A stretch of DNA of 64,000 nt from Candidatus Omnitrophota bacterium (GCA_016929445.1 JAFGIU010000005.1:12899-76898); one strand, 5' to 3'. Shown: positions 9,022 to 20,827, counted from the stretch's first letter. Numbers and translations: made by a program. Notes: generated by a model from the letters alone, not told the origin.

Positions 9022-9585
9022 ATGAAAGGCCGGGAAAGCGGTATGCCTGAGAAGGATATATGGGAAGAGTTTTTCGATCCCGCGAAAATTTTGGCAACGC
9101 TAGGAATGGATGAAAAAATCAGGGATGTTGTCGAGTTCGGCTGCGGCTATGGCACCTTTACGATTCCTGCCGCGAGGATGGTTAAGGGGAAGGTGATTGC
9201 GATTGATATTGATTCTGCAATGACGTCGCTGACCCGGAAGGAAGCGGGGCAAAGCGGGCTTAGTAATATCGTAACCGCGACCCGCGATGTCGTGGCTGAT
9301 GGAACGGGCGTTGAGGATGAAAGCATTGATTTCGTGATGTTTTTCAACATTCTCCATATTGAGCAGCCAGACATTTTGCTTCGTGAAGCGCGCCGGATTC
9401 TTCGCAGAGGCGGCAAGCTCAGCATTATCCATTGGAATTATGATCCGTTGACACCCAGAGGGCCTTCGATGGAGATTCGGCCAAAGCCGGAAGATTGTGT
9501 CAGGTGGGCGGAAGGCGTAGGATTTCATTCGCCGCAACGGTATGATTTAAAACCGTATCATTATGGGATTGTTTTGAGTAAATGA
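9022..9585 (+). CDS. Class I SAM-dependent methyltransferase
   Basis: VVEFGCGYG motif I, AIDID, LREARRILRRGG. Confidence 0.88.
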   Translation: MKGRESGMPEKDIWEEFFDPAKILATLGMDEKIRDVVEFGCGYGTFTIPAARMVKGKVIAIDIDSAMTSLTRKEAGQSGLSNIVTATRDVVADGTGVEDESIDFVMFFNILHIEQPDILLREARRILRRGGKLSIIHWNYDPLTPRGPSMEIRPKPEDCVRWAEGVGFHSPQRYDLKPYHYGIVLSK

Positions 9586-9598
9586 AGGAGGGTTCGCT

Positions 9599-9919
9599 AT
9601 GAAAATCGGCGTGATTATTTCGTCAAATGACGCGGAAACAAGCTGGAACGCGCTTCGGTACGCGAATTTTGCGCTTAGCCAGAAGGACGATGTGAAGGTG
9701 TTCTTCATGGGCAAGGGCGTTGAGTATCAGAATATCAGCACGGACAAGTTCGATACCATTGGGCAGGCTGAGAAATTAATGCAGGAAGGTGGGGAGATTT
9801 GTGCCTGCGGAACGTGCATCAAATCCCGCAATGAGGAAGGCTCTGAAATGTGTCCAATCAGCACGATGAAGGACATGTATGACATTGTCAAAGAAAGTGA
9901 CAAGGTGGTGACATTTTAA
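9599..9919 (+). CDS. DsrE family protein
   Basis: WNALRYAN, VFFMGKGVE, ACGTCIKSR, DKVVTF motifs. Confidence 0.85.
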   Translation: MKIGVIISSNDAETSWNALRYANFALSQKDDVKVFFMGKGVEYQNISTDKFDTIGQAEKLMQEGGEICACGTCIKSRNEEGSEMCPISTMKDMYDIVKESDKVVTF

Positions 9920-9927
9920 AGGGTGCT

Positions 9928-11250
9928 GTGCCGGAAATGAACGGCAAAAATCCCCTGCTAAAGAAAGAAATCGGGCTTGGCGGGGCTGTGATGATGGGCC
10001 TGGGTTCCATTCTGGGAACGGGAGTTTTTGTTTCCGTTGGAATTGCTGCGGGCATCTCCGGCCCATCCGTTATTCTGGCTGTCCTGCTGGCGGCGGTTGT
10101 GGCGATGTGCAATGCGTTTAGCAGCGCTCAGTTGGCGGCTAATCACCCGGTAAGCGGCGGCACATACGAGTACGGATACCACTATTTGCACCCCCTCTTT
10201 GGGTTTACTGCGGGATGGATGTTTTTGTGCGCCAAAAGCGCCTCGGCGGCCACGGCATCTCTAGGCTTTTCCGGTTATCTGGTAAACAGTTTGGGGCTCC
10301 CGTCCGGGTATTTTGTTCCTGTTGCTCTGTTGGTTTGCGTCCTATTCACAGGGTTAGTGCTTAGCGGTGTTCGCCGGGCGAGCGTGGTTAATAGTGTGAT
10401 TGTTGGTATGACGTTGCTTTCGCTCGGAGCTTTTGTGGTCTGTGGCTTGCCTTCGGTTTTCTCAACGGATCACAGCCGCTTTATTCCCTTTTTCGCTCCC
10501 GGACCGGAACATGGCAAAGGGGCGATGGCCGCGCTTCTTCACGCAACGGCATTGATGTTTGTGGCGTACACGGGGTATGGGCGAATTGCCACTTTGGGGG
10601 AAGAAGTTCACGATCCCCGGCGCATCATTCCACGGGCGATTGTTCTTACGTTGATTGTGTCCGCCGTTGTTTATACGGCGGTTAGCGCGGTGGCGGTAGG
10701 TGCCGTCGGTTCCGAAGCGCTTAGCCAAGCCGCCCATACCGGGGCAGCTCCCCTGGAAGTGGTGGCCCGTGGATTTTCACCTGCGGGAGTGCATTTAGTG
10801 GTGGCCTTGGGAGCTATGACGGCCATGCTGGGGGTTCTGCTCAACTTGATCCTCGGTTTATCACGGGTATTGTTGGCCATGGGACGGAGAGGCGATATGC
10901 CTGGGGCAGTGGCGCGTCTTAACGCAACGCAAACGACACCTTATGTGGCGGTCATCGTGGTGGGAATGATTATTATCGGTTTGGCCTCCCTGGGAAGCGT
11001 CAAGACGGCATGGACGTTCAGCGCGTTTACAGTGCTCATTTATTACGCCATTACAAATTTCGCCGCCCTGCGTCTGACAAAGGAACAGCGGCTTTATCCA
11101 CGGATTTTTGCCTGGGGCGGCCTTGGGGCCTGTCTATTTTTGGCCTTTTGGGTAGAGGTTCAAGTCTGGGTTGCGGGGTTTATCCTCATTATGTTGGGGA
11201 TGTTATGGTGGGTGGTCGCCCAGCAAATAGCTCTCAGGAAATCTGCATAG
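9928..11250 (+). CDS. APC family amino-acid permease
   Basis: GLGSILGTGVF, SGGTYEYG, FVAYTGYGRIATLGEEV; about 12 TM segments. Confidence 0.9.
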   Translation: MPEMNGKNPLLKKEIGLGGAVMMGLGSILGTGVFVSVGIAAGISGPSVILAVLLAAVVAMCNAFSSAQLAANHPVSGGTYEYGYHYLHPLFGFTAGWMFLCAKSASAATASLGFSGYLVNSLGLPSGYFVPVALLVCVLFTGLVLSGVRRASVVNSVIVGMTLLSLGAFVVCGLPSVFSTDHSRFIPFFAPGPEHGKGAMAALLHATALMFVAYTGYGRIATLGEEVHDPRRIIPRAIVLTLIVSAVVYTAVSAVAVGAVGSEALSQAAHTGAAPLEVVARGFSPAGVHLVVALGAMTAMLGVLLNLILGLSRVLLAMGRRGDMPGAVARLNATQTTPYVAVIVVGMIIIGLASLGSVKTAWTFSAFTVLIYYAITNFAALRLTKEQRLYPRIFAWGGLGACLFLAFWVEVQVWVAGFILIMLGMLWWVVAQQIALRKSA

Positions 11251-11347
11251 ATCATACGAACGTCAGGACTTCCCCAAAAATGCGGGTTTGCGGTTAAGGC
11301 ATCTTCCGCCAAGAAAAAGTTGCTAAACTCATCCAATCGGTGGAGCC
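11251..11347. repeat. Junction repeat copy C, putative attR
   Basis: Contains both the copy-B and copy-A segments and abuts a tRNA-3'-like fragment. Confidence 0.65.
11332..11347 (+). other. tRNA-Asn-like 3' fragment (not an intact tRNA)
   Basis: TCCAAT-CGGTGGA-G-CC fits T-stem 3' strand, acceptor strand pairing with TCCACCG, and G73 (typical Asn end GGAGCCA). No D or anticodon arm upstream. Confidence 0.5.
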
Positions 11348-11352
11348 CCTGA

Positions 11353-11387
11353 AACAGGGGACATGTGCTTGTTACGTGTCCCCTGTT
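11353..11387. terminator. Strong hairpin after the tRNA fragment
   Basis: AACAGGGGACATGT...ACGTGTCCCCTGTT inverted repeat. Confidence 0.6.
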
Positions 11388-11518
11388 GATAGTGATCAAG
11401 CAAGTTCGAAAAGAGGCCGGTAGAGGCAGCCTTCATCCCCAACCCTCCGCAATAAAATAGGTTGCAGCGGGCTGTTGTTTGTCGTTGTGTTCACGTCTGG
11501 AATAGGGCAAGGTGATGA

Positions 11519-12559
11519 ATGGACCTGGAGGAAATGATGGGCTCTCAGGCAGTCCGTAAAATTTTGATTATCGGCCACACCAATCTCGGAGATGTGGTTT
11601 GCGACGCGGCGGTGGTTGCGCCTCTGCGGAGTTGTTTTCCACAGGCAGAGATTTCCTTCCTGACCTCCCCGTCCGGGGCGGAGTTGATGAACGGCTATAC
11701 TGGGCTGGACGAGGTAATTTGCTGGGACAAGCGCAGCGTTGGCCGTAATGTGCTGAAGAGAGTCCATTTTGCTTGCCGGTTGCGTGCAAAGCGCTACAAC
11801 CTTGCCGTTGTGCTGAAAAAGACGTTGCTGCAACGCTTTCTCTCGATTCCCCAAATTTGGGAGCTTTGGGATGTTCGCACAATGAGATCAAACCGGGCGC
11901 GCTCTCATCCGGTTGATAGATATCTCGAACATCTTCGCGGCTACGGTGTCGATGTGCCAAGAGCCGCTTTTGGGTTTTCATGGAGACCGGAGGATGAAAT
12001 CTTTTGCGACCAATTCCTGGCTGCGGCAGGGATAGGCGCTCGGGATCGTCTGGTAGCCATTTGTCCGATGGCCGCTTGGTCACAAAAGAGTTGGCCTATA
12101 GAAAAGTGGAATGAACTGGCCGAGGCTCTTCGAAACGGTCACGGGATAAGGACAATCGCTCTGGGCCGCAGTGGAGACGAACGGTTCAGGGAGCTTGTCC
12201 GGCGGCAGATTGACAATCGGATTGTTTCGGCGCTGGACGGGACAAACTTGAAACAAGCGATGGCCTTGATGAAGAGATGCGCTGTTTTTATTGGCCCTGA
12301 CTCCGGACTGCTTCACCTTGCAAGCTGTTTGGGCATGGAAACAATCGGAGTCTACGGACCGACTCCGAAGGACTATATCTACCCCTATTTTCACCGGGGG
12401 AATCTGGTTTCCACCGGCGCGGACCTGCCTTGCATGCCTTGCTATCCGGGTTTCGAGAACTATCCCTGTAAAGACAGGCATCCGTACGGTGTTTGTATGG
12501 AAGAACTGGATTTTCAGCGTGTATGGGACTTGGTGAAGCAGAAGCTTATGCTTGGCTGA
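11519..12559 (+). CDS. Glycosyltransferase family 9 (heptosyltransferase-like)
   Basis: KILII...LGDVV, KSWPIEKW, FIGPDSGLLHLA...GVYGPT, CMPC motifs. Confidence 0.9.
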   Translation: MDLEEMMGSQAVRKILIIGHTNLGDVVCDAAVVAPLRSCFPQAEISFLTSPSGAELMNGYTGLDEVICWDKRSVGRNVLKRVHFACRLRAKRYNLAVVLKKTLLQRFLSIPQIWELWDVRTMRSNRARSHPVDRYLEHLRGYGVDVPRAAFGFSWRPEDEIFCDQFLAAAGIGARDRLVAICPMAAWSQKSWPIEKWNELAEALRNGHGIRTIALGRSGDERFRELVRRQIDNRIVSALDGTNLKQAMALMKRCAVFIGPDSGLLHLASCLGMETIGVYGPTPKDYIYPYFHRGNLVSTGADLPCMPCYPGFENYPCKDRHPYGVCMEELDFQRVWDLVKQKLMLG

Positions 12560-12682
12560 TAGGGTCGGCTGGTCTGTAGTATTCTGCAAGGGGAGATTTC
12601 TCAAAACCCTCTGTGGACTAATAGGTTACGGATGGTTTCGATTTGGTTGTGGCGTTGGTTTAGGAAATGCAAGACGGTGTAT

Positions 12683-12711
12683 TTGCCGTATGGTTCCGGA
12701 TTAAGTATGAT
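12683..12711 (+). promoter_or_regulatory. Putative sigma70 promoter of mscL
   Basis: TTGCCG-N17-TATGAT. Confidence 0.5.
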
Positions 12712-12826
12712 GCGCAATGATTGATCAGAGGTTTCCGGGATAACTGTTACTCAGTCCAATGCCTTAGGAGTGGTGGAAACCAGTTGGAGCTGGCTTCTGG
12801 TAAGGAGTGTAGGGAGGGGATTAGAG

Positions 12827-13252
12827 ATGAAGATGCTGCAGGAATTCAAAGCGTTTGCAATGCGAGGAAATGTGGTTGATATGGCAGTGGGTATCATCAT
12901 CGGTGGCGCGTTCGGCAAAATCGTGGCTTCGCTGGTAAATGACGTTATTATGCCGCCGATTGGAAAATTGCTGGGAGGTGTTGATTTTGGAAGTTTGTAT
13001 ATCAATCTGAGCGGTACCCAGTATGCAAGTCTTGAGGCAGCAAAGGAAGTGGGCGCGGCCACCATTAATTACGGGCTTTTCCTGAACACGGTTATTAATT
13101 TCGTCATCGTTGCCTTTGCGATATTCATGATGATCAACGTAATGAATGCAGCCAAGAAAAAGGAGGAGGCAGCTCCTGCGGCTCCCCCAGCCCCTCCCCG
13201 TCAGGAAGTGCTGCTAGAGGAAATCAGGAATCTTCTAGCCACGAAGAGATGA
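12827..13252 (+). CDS. mscL: Large-conductance mechanosensitive channel
   Basis: [28 protein letters not shown]...LLEEIRNLL. Confidence 0.97.
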   Translation: MKMLQEFKAFAMRGNVVDMAVGIIIGGAFGKIVASLVNDVIMPPIGKLLGGVDFGSLYINLSGTQYASLEAAKEVGAATINYGLFLNTVINFVIVAFAIFMMINVMNAAKKKEEAAPAAPPAPPRQEVLLEEIRNLLATKR

Positions 13253-13539
13253 AGTTTCCACTTGGGCACAATGCTGCTTGGCAGCCTTCCAGGCGCAAGG
13301 ATGATGTCATTCCCACAAGGTTTTTGGGGTGGACCTCAAACAAGCCAGGAACTCTCCTTACTACCGGCTTAATAATGGGGTTGGGTCACTCCTCCTAAGG
13401 TGGGTGGAGCACAAGAAGCTTTGAAATGTTCTGCCGTTAATGATGTCCAAGGGCTTTCTCTTTTCTGTACAACAAGTTAGGATCTTCGCCCTGCATTCTT
13501 GTATGTGCTTGCCACCAGGAATGTCTATCGCTACACTAG

Positions 13540-15813
<2,274 letters not shown>

Positions 15814-15870
15814 AAGCCTGAAGCCAAACTCGTGTGAGACTGGTAGAAGGAGCTTTTGTTATATAATACT

Positions 15871-15924
15871 GGCGTTGCAGTTGCGGCGAACGGGAGTTCG
15901 TGGGTGACTGCAACGCCTTTTTTT
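15871..15924 (+). terminator. Intrinsic-terminator-like hairpin between katG and sulP
   Basis: GGCGTTGCAGT...ACTGCAACGCC followed by T7. Confidence 0.65.
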
Positions 15925-15960
15925 GTCACAAAACGTTTCCAAAGGAATTGCGAAAACACC

Positions 15961-17631
15961 ATGTTTAAACCGAAGCTGTTGACTTGCCTTAAAGATTATT
16001 CGTTCACGCAGTTTCGCTCGGATCTCATTGCCGGGTTGATTGTCGGCGTTGTGGCTTTGCCGCTTGCTATTGCTTTTGCGATTGCCTCCGGTGTTTCTCC
16101 GGACAGGGGGCTTGTGACTGCTGTTGTGGCAGGATTTCTTATTTCAGCCTTGGGGGGCAGCCGGGTCCAGATCGGCGGCCCGACGGGTGCATTTGTCGTG
16201 ATTGTGTATGCAATTGTCCAGAGATACGGCATAGACGGGCTTGTCCTGGCCACTTTGATGGGGGGAGTTATTCTGATCATCATGGGCCTAGTCGGCTTTG
16301 GTGTTGCGCTCAAGTTCATTCCTTACCCTGTTACGGTCGGATTTACATCGGGAATTGCGGTGATTATCGCGTTGGCCCAGGTGAAGGACTTTCTGGGCCT
16401 TTCGATGGATCAAGTGCCCGCTGAATTTGTGGATAAGATTGTTGCTTACTCACAACATATCACTAGCTTCAACCATTACGCGGTTGTCCTGAGTTTCACA
16501 ACGGTTATCATTATATTTCTATGGCAAAGACTATCCAAAGTAGTGCCGGGATCTCTCGTGGCGTTGCTTACCGTTACGGCCGTGGCCTATTTCCTTAAGC
16601 TTCCTGTCGAGACCGTCGGAAGCCGTTTCGGCGACATCCCGCATGCCTTGTCATGGCCGGTTTTTCCGGCTATCAATTTGGATATGGTCCAAACGCTGCT
16701 TCCTTCGGCCTTTACCATTGCGATTTTGGCCGGGATTGAATCGCTTTTATCTGCAGTTGTCGCGGATGGAATGATCGGAGGAAAGCACCGGTCTAATACT
16801 GAGTTGGTTGCACAAGGTATTGCGAACATCGCATCGGCGCTATTTGGAGGCATGCCTGCCACGGGAGCGATCGCAAGAACGGCTACCAATGTCCACAATG
16901 GAGGCCGCACTCCGGTAGCAGGAATTGTCCACGCGTTAACGCTTGTGCTGATCATGTACCTGTTTGCGAAATGGGTCGTCTATATTCCTCTCGCTTGTCT
17001 TTCGGGGATTCTTGTGTTGGTTGCCTACCGCATGAGCGAATGGAAGTCGTTTGTAATGATCCTAAGATCGCCCCGGAGTGATGTGGTTGTCCTTCTTATT
17101 ACGTTTCTTTTAACGGTCATTATGGACTTGACGGTTGCCATTGAAGTCGGGGTTGTGTTGTCTGCTTTCTTGTTGATTCACCGGCTTTCGTTGACTCCGA
17201 ATATCGGAATTATCTCGAGGGACTTCAAGGCAAACGAGGACAACGGGGATGATCTAGAGTTGCACCAGGAGGAGATTCCGAATGGTGTTGAAGTTTATGA
17301 AATCATTGGCGCCTTCTTTTTTGGTGTGGCATCGACATTTATTGAAACAATGAATAATATCGAGAAACAGCCGAAGGTGCGGATTCTCAGAATGCGGAAT
17401 GTATTGAGTGTCGACGCGACGGCTTTGAATGCGCTGCGGCATGTTGTAAGGAATGCAAAGAAACACAATCTGGCTGTTGTGCTTTCCGGGATTCATGCGC
17501 AACCGATGATGGCCTTGAGGCAATCAGGGCTTTACGAGGAAATCGGCGAAGAGAATGTGTTGCCCAATATTGACGCGGCATTGGAACGTGCCCGGGAAGT
17601 GCTGAAGATAAGTGAACAGGAGGACAAATAG
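15961..17631 (+). CDS. SulP family anion transporter with STAS domain
   Basis: DLIAGLIVGVVALPLAIAFAIASG, QIGGPTGAF, ESLLSAVVAD, ATGAIARTATN; C-terminal STAS. Confidence 0.95.
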   Translation: MFKPKLLTCLKDYSFTQFRSDLIAGLIVGVVALPLAIAFAIASGVSPDRGLVTAVVAGFLISALGGSRVQIGGPTGAFVVIVYAIVQRYGIDGLVLATLMGGVILIIMGLVGFGVALKFIPYPVTVGFTSGIAVIIALAQVKDFLGLSMDQVPAEFVDKIVAYSQHITSFNHYAVVLSFTTVIIIFLWQRLSKVVPGSLVALLTVTAVAYFLKLPVETVGSRFGDIPHALSWPVFPAINLDMVQTLLPSAFTIAILAGIESLLSAVVADGMIGGKHRSNTELVAQGIANIASALFGGMPATGAIARTATNVHNGGRTPVAGIVHALTLVLIMYLFAKWVVYIPLACLSGILVLVAYRMSEWKSFVMILRSPRSDVVVLLITFLLTVIMDLTVAIEVGVVLSAFLLIHRLSLTPNIGIISRDFKANEDNGDDLELHQEEIPNGVEVYEIIGAFFFGVASTFIETMNNIEKQPKVRILRMRNVLSVDATALNALRHVVRNAKKHNLAVVLSGIHAQPMMALRQSGLYEEIGEENVLPNIDAALERAREVLKISEQEDK

Positions 17632-17733
17632 ATGGGAAAAGAACAAAACGCGAGAAAGAACGAAAAGAAAAAACCCCAGAAGACAGCCAAGGAGAAAAAA
17701 CAAGCCAAGCGGGAAAAGAAAAAGAATAAGTAG
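17632..17733 (+). CDS. 33-aa lysine-rich small protein (below ORF-track cutoff)
   Basis: MGKEQNARKNEKKKPQKTAKEKKQAKREKKKNK*; SD AGGAGG; ATG abuts the sulP stop. Confidence 0.7.
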   Translation: MGKEQNARKNEKKKPQKTAKEKKQAKREKKKNK

Positions 17734-17741
17734 CAGGTCTC

Positions 17742-19148
17742 TTGCAGACTAATTCTCTCAAGACAGACAAATCTATCAAGAGGGCCGTTCTGCTTGCGGC
17801 CACGCTGGGGTCCTTTCTGACCCCCTTTATGGGGTCCTCCATCAATATTGCTCTGCCCACCATCGGGAGAGAACTCTCCATGGACGCCGTGCTGCTGGGT
17901 TGGCTTCCCACCGCGTATCTTTTGGCTGCTGCTGTCTTCCTGGTCCCTATCGGTAAAGTTGCGGATATTTACGGGAGAAAACGCGTATTCACCGTTGGGA
18001 TATGGATCGATGCGGTTTCTTCGGTTTTATGCGCCCTGGCCGGCGGATCCGCCTGGCTGATCGGTTGTCGCGTGGTGCAGGGGATCGGGAACGCCATGAT
18101 GTTCGGCACCGGAGTGGCAATGCTCACCTCGGTGTTTCCTTCCGGCCAACGAGGTAAGGCCTTGGGGATTAATGTGGCGGCAGTCTATTTAGGGCTGTCT
18201 TTGGGCCCCTTTTTAGGAGGATTACTGACCCAGTATTTGGGCTGGCGGAGCATCTTCTGGGCAAATGCGCTGGTGAGCGCAATGGTTCGCCTGTTTGTTC
18301 TGAGCGCTATCAAACAGGAGTGGGCCGAGGCTAAGGGAGAGAGACTGGATATTGTGGGTTCGGTCCTTTACGGAGTGATGCTGATTTTGTTGATGTATGG
18401 ACTGACCCTGTTGCCGGCAAGAGCAGGTCTCTATCTCGTGGGCCTTGGAATAGCCGGCTTGGGAGCTTTTATTAGGTGGGAAATCCAAACACCTCATCCT
18501 GTCCTGGACATGAAGCTGTTCTTGGACAACCGTGTCTTCGCGTTCTCGAATCTGGCTGCGCTGATCAACTACAGTGCCACCTTTGGTGTGGGATTGTTGT
18601 TGAGTCTGTATCTGCAATTTGTCAAAGGACTGGATCCTGCGCATGCGGGACTGGTGCTGGTGGCGCAGCCGGTGGTGATGAGTGTGTTTTCGCCGTTTGC
18701 GGGGAGGCTTTCGGACCGGGTGGAGTCGAGAATCGTGGCTTCGGTCGGAATGGGCCTGATTGCTATCAGTCTGAGTTTGTTGAGTTTCCTGAACGAGCAA
18801 AGTTCGCTGGCTTTTGTGATTGCGTGTCTTCTGTTACTTGGCTTGGGTTTTGCTCTCTTTTCATCACCGAATACAAATGCCGTGATGGGTTCTGTGGAGA
18901 GCAAGTTCTATGGAGTAGCCTCTGCCACATTGGGCACCATGCGTCTGACCGGCCAAATGCTGAGCTTAGGGCTGGTGATGTGGCTATTGACTGTCTACGT
19001 TGGGAAGGTCCCCATTACACCCGAAGTTCACGCGGCCTTAGTCCTGGGCACAGGAATGGCCTTTAGGGTCTTCGCCGCATTTTGCGCCTGCGGGGTTTGG
19101 GCCTCCTGGATTCGTGGAATGACAGGAAATCTTCCGGCCCAGTTGTGA
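17742..19148 (+). CDS. MFS efflux transporter (DHA2/EmrB-like)
   Basis: GKVADIYGRKR motif A, GP.LGG motif C, FSSPNTNAVM; about 14 TM segments. Confidence 0.9.
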   Translation: MQTNSLKTDKSIKRAVLLAATLGSFLTPFMGSSINIALPTIGRELSMDAVLLGWLPTAYLLAAAVFLVPIGKVADIYGRKRVFTVGIWIDAVSSVLCALAGGSAWLIGCRVVQGIGNAMMFGTGVAMLTSVFPSGQRGKALGINVAAVYLGLSLGPFLGGLLTQYLGWRSIFWANALVSAMVRLFVLSAIKQEWAEAKGERLDIVGSVLYGVMLILLMYGLTLLPARAGLYLVGLGIAGLGAFIRWEIQTPHPVLDMKLFLDNRVFAFSNLAALINYSATFGVGLLLSLYLQFVKGLDPAHAGLVLVAQPVVMSVFSPFAGRLSDRVESRIVASVGMGLIAISLSLLSFLNEQSSLAFVIACLLLLGLGFALFSSPNTNAVMGSVESKFYGVASATLGTMRLTGQMLSLGLVMWLLTVYVGKVPITPEVHAALVLGTGMAFRVFAAFCACGVWASWIRGMTGNLPAQL

Positions 19149-19182
19149 AGGATTGGTGATGGCAAAATAGTAGAGGAGCGCT

Positions 19183-19770
19183 ATGAGAGGTCATTTGACA
19201 AGATGTGTTATTGCCTCTGTGATTGTACTTTCCGGATGTGCCTATGCCGGATATCTGAAGGACCCGTTTGTGGATATCCCCGCATTTTCAAAGGTTACGG
19301 ATAATTTGTACCGGGGAGCCTACCCGAAGCCCGAGGGCTATACTCGGTTAAAGTCCCTGGGTATTAAAACAATCGTCAATCTAAGCGACGATACTCGATA
19401 CGAGCCCCAAGAAAAGAAAGTGGCCGCAGAATACGGGTTCAACTACGTGCATATTCCTTTGGGCGTCTATACTTGGCCTGAGGATGAAAACGTTCTAAAA
19501 TTTCTGCAGACAGTTTTGGGGCCGCAATACCAGCCCGTGTTTGTGCACTGCAGCAATGGCCGGGACCGAACCGGTGCCATGATTGCCGTGTATCGCACCA
19601 TTGTGGAAGGAAAGGGCCCCAAAGAGGGCTATAAAGAAGCATTGGATCACGGATTCTGGCCCTATCGGGGCGAGGTGGTTCTTAAGAAATATATTCACCA
19701 ACTCAAAGACCGGAAAATTCTCTATGAATATGTGGAGTCCCACCAAAACAGCCGGGGTAGTTCTTTTTAG
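19183..19770 (+). CDS. Cys-based tyrosine/dual-specificity phosphatase, lipoprotein
   Basis: Lipobox LSGC; P-loop VHCSNGRDRTG. Confidence 0.85.
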   Translation: MRGHLTRCVIASVIVLSGCAYAGYLKDPFVDIPAFSKVTDNLYRGAYPKPEGYTRLKSLGIKTIVNLSDDTRYEPQEKKVAAEYGFNYVHIPLGVYTWPEDENVLKFLQTVLGPQYQPVFVHCSNGRDRTGAMIAVYRTIVEGKGPKEGYKEALDHGFWPYRGEVVLKKYIHQLKDRKILYEYVESHQNSRGSSF

Positions 19771-20095
19771 CGCACTTTTGGTTTGTCCGCAAGCGTATGC
19801 GTTATCCCCTCCGCATCATGTCTACAATATTTCCAGACGATTGGTCCAAGTTGTCGGGGCGCCTTTTTACTGGACCTTTTATCAAGGTCCGAAAAATGCG
19901 AAAAAGGCCTATGTTGAAGAAGTCTGGGAACTGGAAAAGGAAGAGCAGCGCGGTAAGTGGCGCAACAGGCTCATTAAGGCTCCGCCGCGGATGATCGGGG
20001 AAGAAGCCAAAGCCATTGTGGACGGTATTACCGGGAGCGTCGATGCGGCCGGCGAGGCACTAAAAGAATTTATCAGCATCTTTTGCAGCGACTAG
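19724..20095 (+). CDS. Hypothetical exported protein
   Basis: Signal peptide ending QAYA; overlaps the end of the phosphatase gene. Confidence 0.55.
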   Translation: MNMWSPTKTAGVVLFSALLVCPQAYALSPPHHVYNISRRLVQVVGAPFYWTFYQGPKNAKKAYVEEVWELEKEEQRGKWRNRLIKAPPRMIGEEAKAIVDGITGSVDAAGEALKEFISIFCSD

Positions 20096-20155
20096 CCGGA
20101 TTATCTGCTGGGCCAGAGAACAATCTTCAAGGTACTGGAAAAGCGGGGGAATGCC

Positions 20156-20827
20156 GTGCGTATTCTTGTGGTCGAAGACGAAAAGAAACTTGCTAGTTTT
20201 GTGGAGAGAGGGCTCAAGGAACAGCACTATGCGGTTGATACGGCTTACACCGGGCCGGATGCGCTCTTTATGGCCGTATCCAATTCCTATGACCTCATCA
20301 TTTTGGACTGGATGCTTCCCGGCAAAGACGGTATCACAGTCTGTAAGGAATTGCGGGAAAAGAATATCTCCGTTCCGATCCTTTTGCTCACTGCCAAGGG
20401 AGATATTGACGACAAGGTGACAGGACTGGATGCAGGAGCGGATGATTATCTAACAAAACCCTTTTCCTTCAAAGAGTTGCTGGCCCGTGTGCGGGTGCTT
20501 TTGCGCAGACAAAGCGGTGAAAAGCAAACCGAGCTCCGGGTCGCGGATTTGGTGCTGAACCAAGCCACTCGAAAGGTGCACCGCGCCGGCCGGGAGATCG
20601 AGCTGACCAGTACAGAGTATGCGCTCTTGGAATATCTTATGATCCATGCCGGTGAGGTAGTCACGCGCACCATGATCTCGGAGCATGTTTGGAACGACGA
20701 CTTTGACACCTTTACCAACGTGATCAACGTTTATGTAAGTTATCTTAGAAAGAAAATGGACACGGGGTATTCAAAACAACTCATCCATTCTGTAAGAGGA
20801 GTGGGCTATATGATCAAAGGGTCCTAA
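20156..20827 (+). CDS. OmpR/CusR-family response regulator
   Basis: [32 protein letters not shown]. Confidence 0.95.
   Translation: MRILVVEDEKKLASFVERGLKEQHYAVDTAYTGPDALFMAVSNSYDLIILDWMLPGKDGITVCKELREKNISVPILLLTAKGDIDDKVTGLDAGADDYLTKPFSFKELLARVRVLLRRQSGEKQTELRVADLVLNQATRKVHRAGREIELTSTEYALLEYLMIHAGEVVTRTMISEHVWNDDFDTFTNVINVYVSYLRKKMDTGYSKQLIHSVRGVGYMIKGS

Larger units (their letters stand above)
1..11347. mobile_element. Right-hand part of a putative composite genomic island integrated at a tRNA-Asn gene
   Basis: Ends in a tRNA-3'-like fragment followed by a hairpin; related junction sequences recur internally; cargo is typical accessory content (ars genes, TA pair, pseudogene). The recombinase and intact tRNA are not in the window. 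Confidence 0.55.

Noticed and set aside
9022-9585. Methyltransferase as ArsM
   Set aside because: Too short and lacks the conserved arsenic-binding cysteine pattern of ArsM.
8891-11347. Junction repeats as integron attC sites
   Set aside because: No RYYYAAC...GTTRRRY palindromic structure and no integron integrase; they show coding-type divergence instead.
11260-11350. Intact tRNA gene
   Set aside because: Only a 3'-end-like 16-mer; no TTCGA T-loop, D arm or anticodon arm.
13395-13455. Fluoride-riboswitch-like GTTAATGATGTCC upstream of katG
   Set aside because: The 5' GATGGAGTTC stem/pseudoknot partner is missing and the downstream gene is unrelated.
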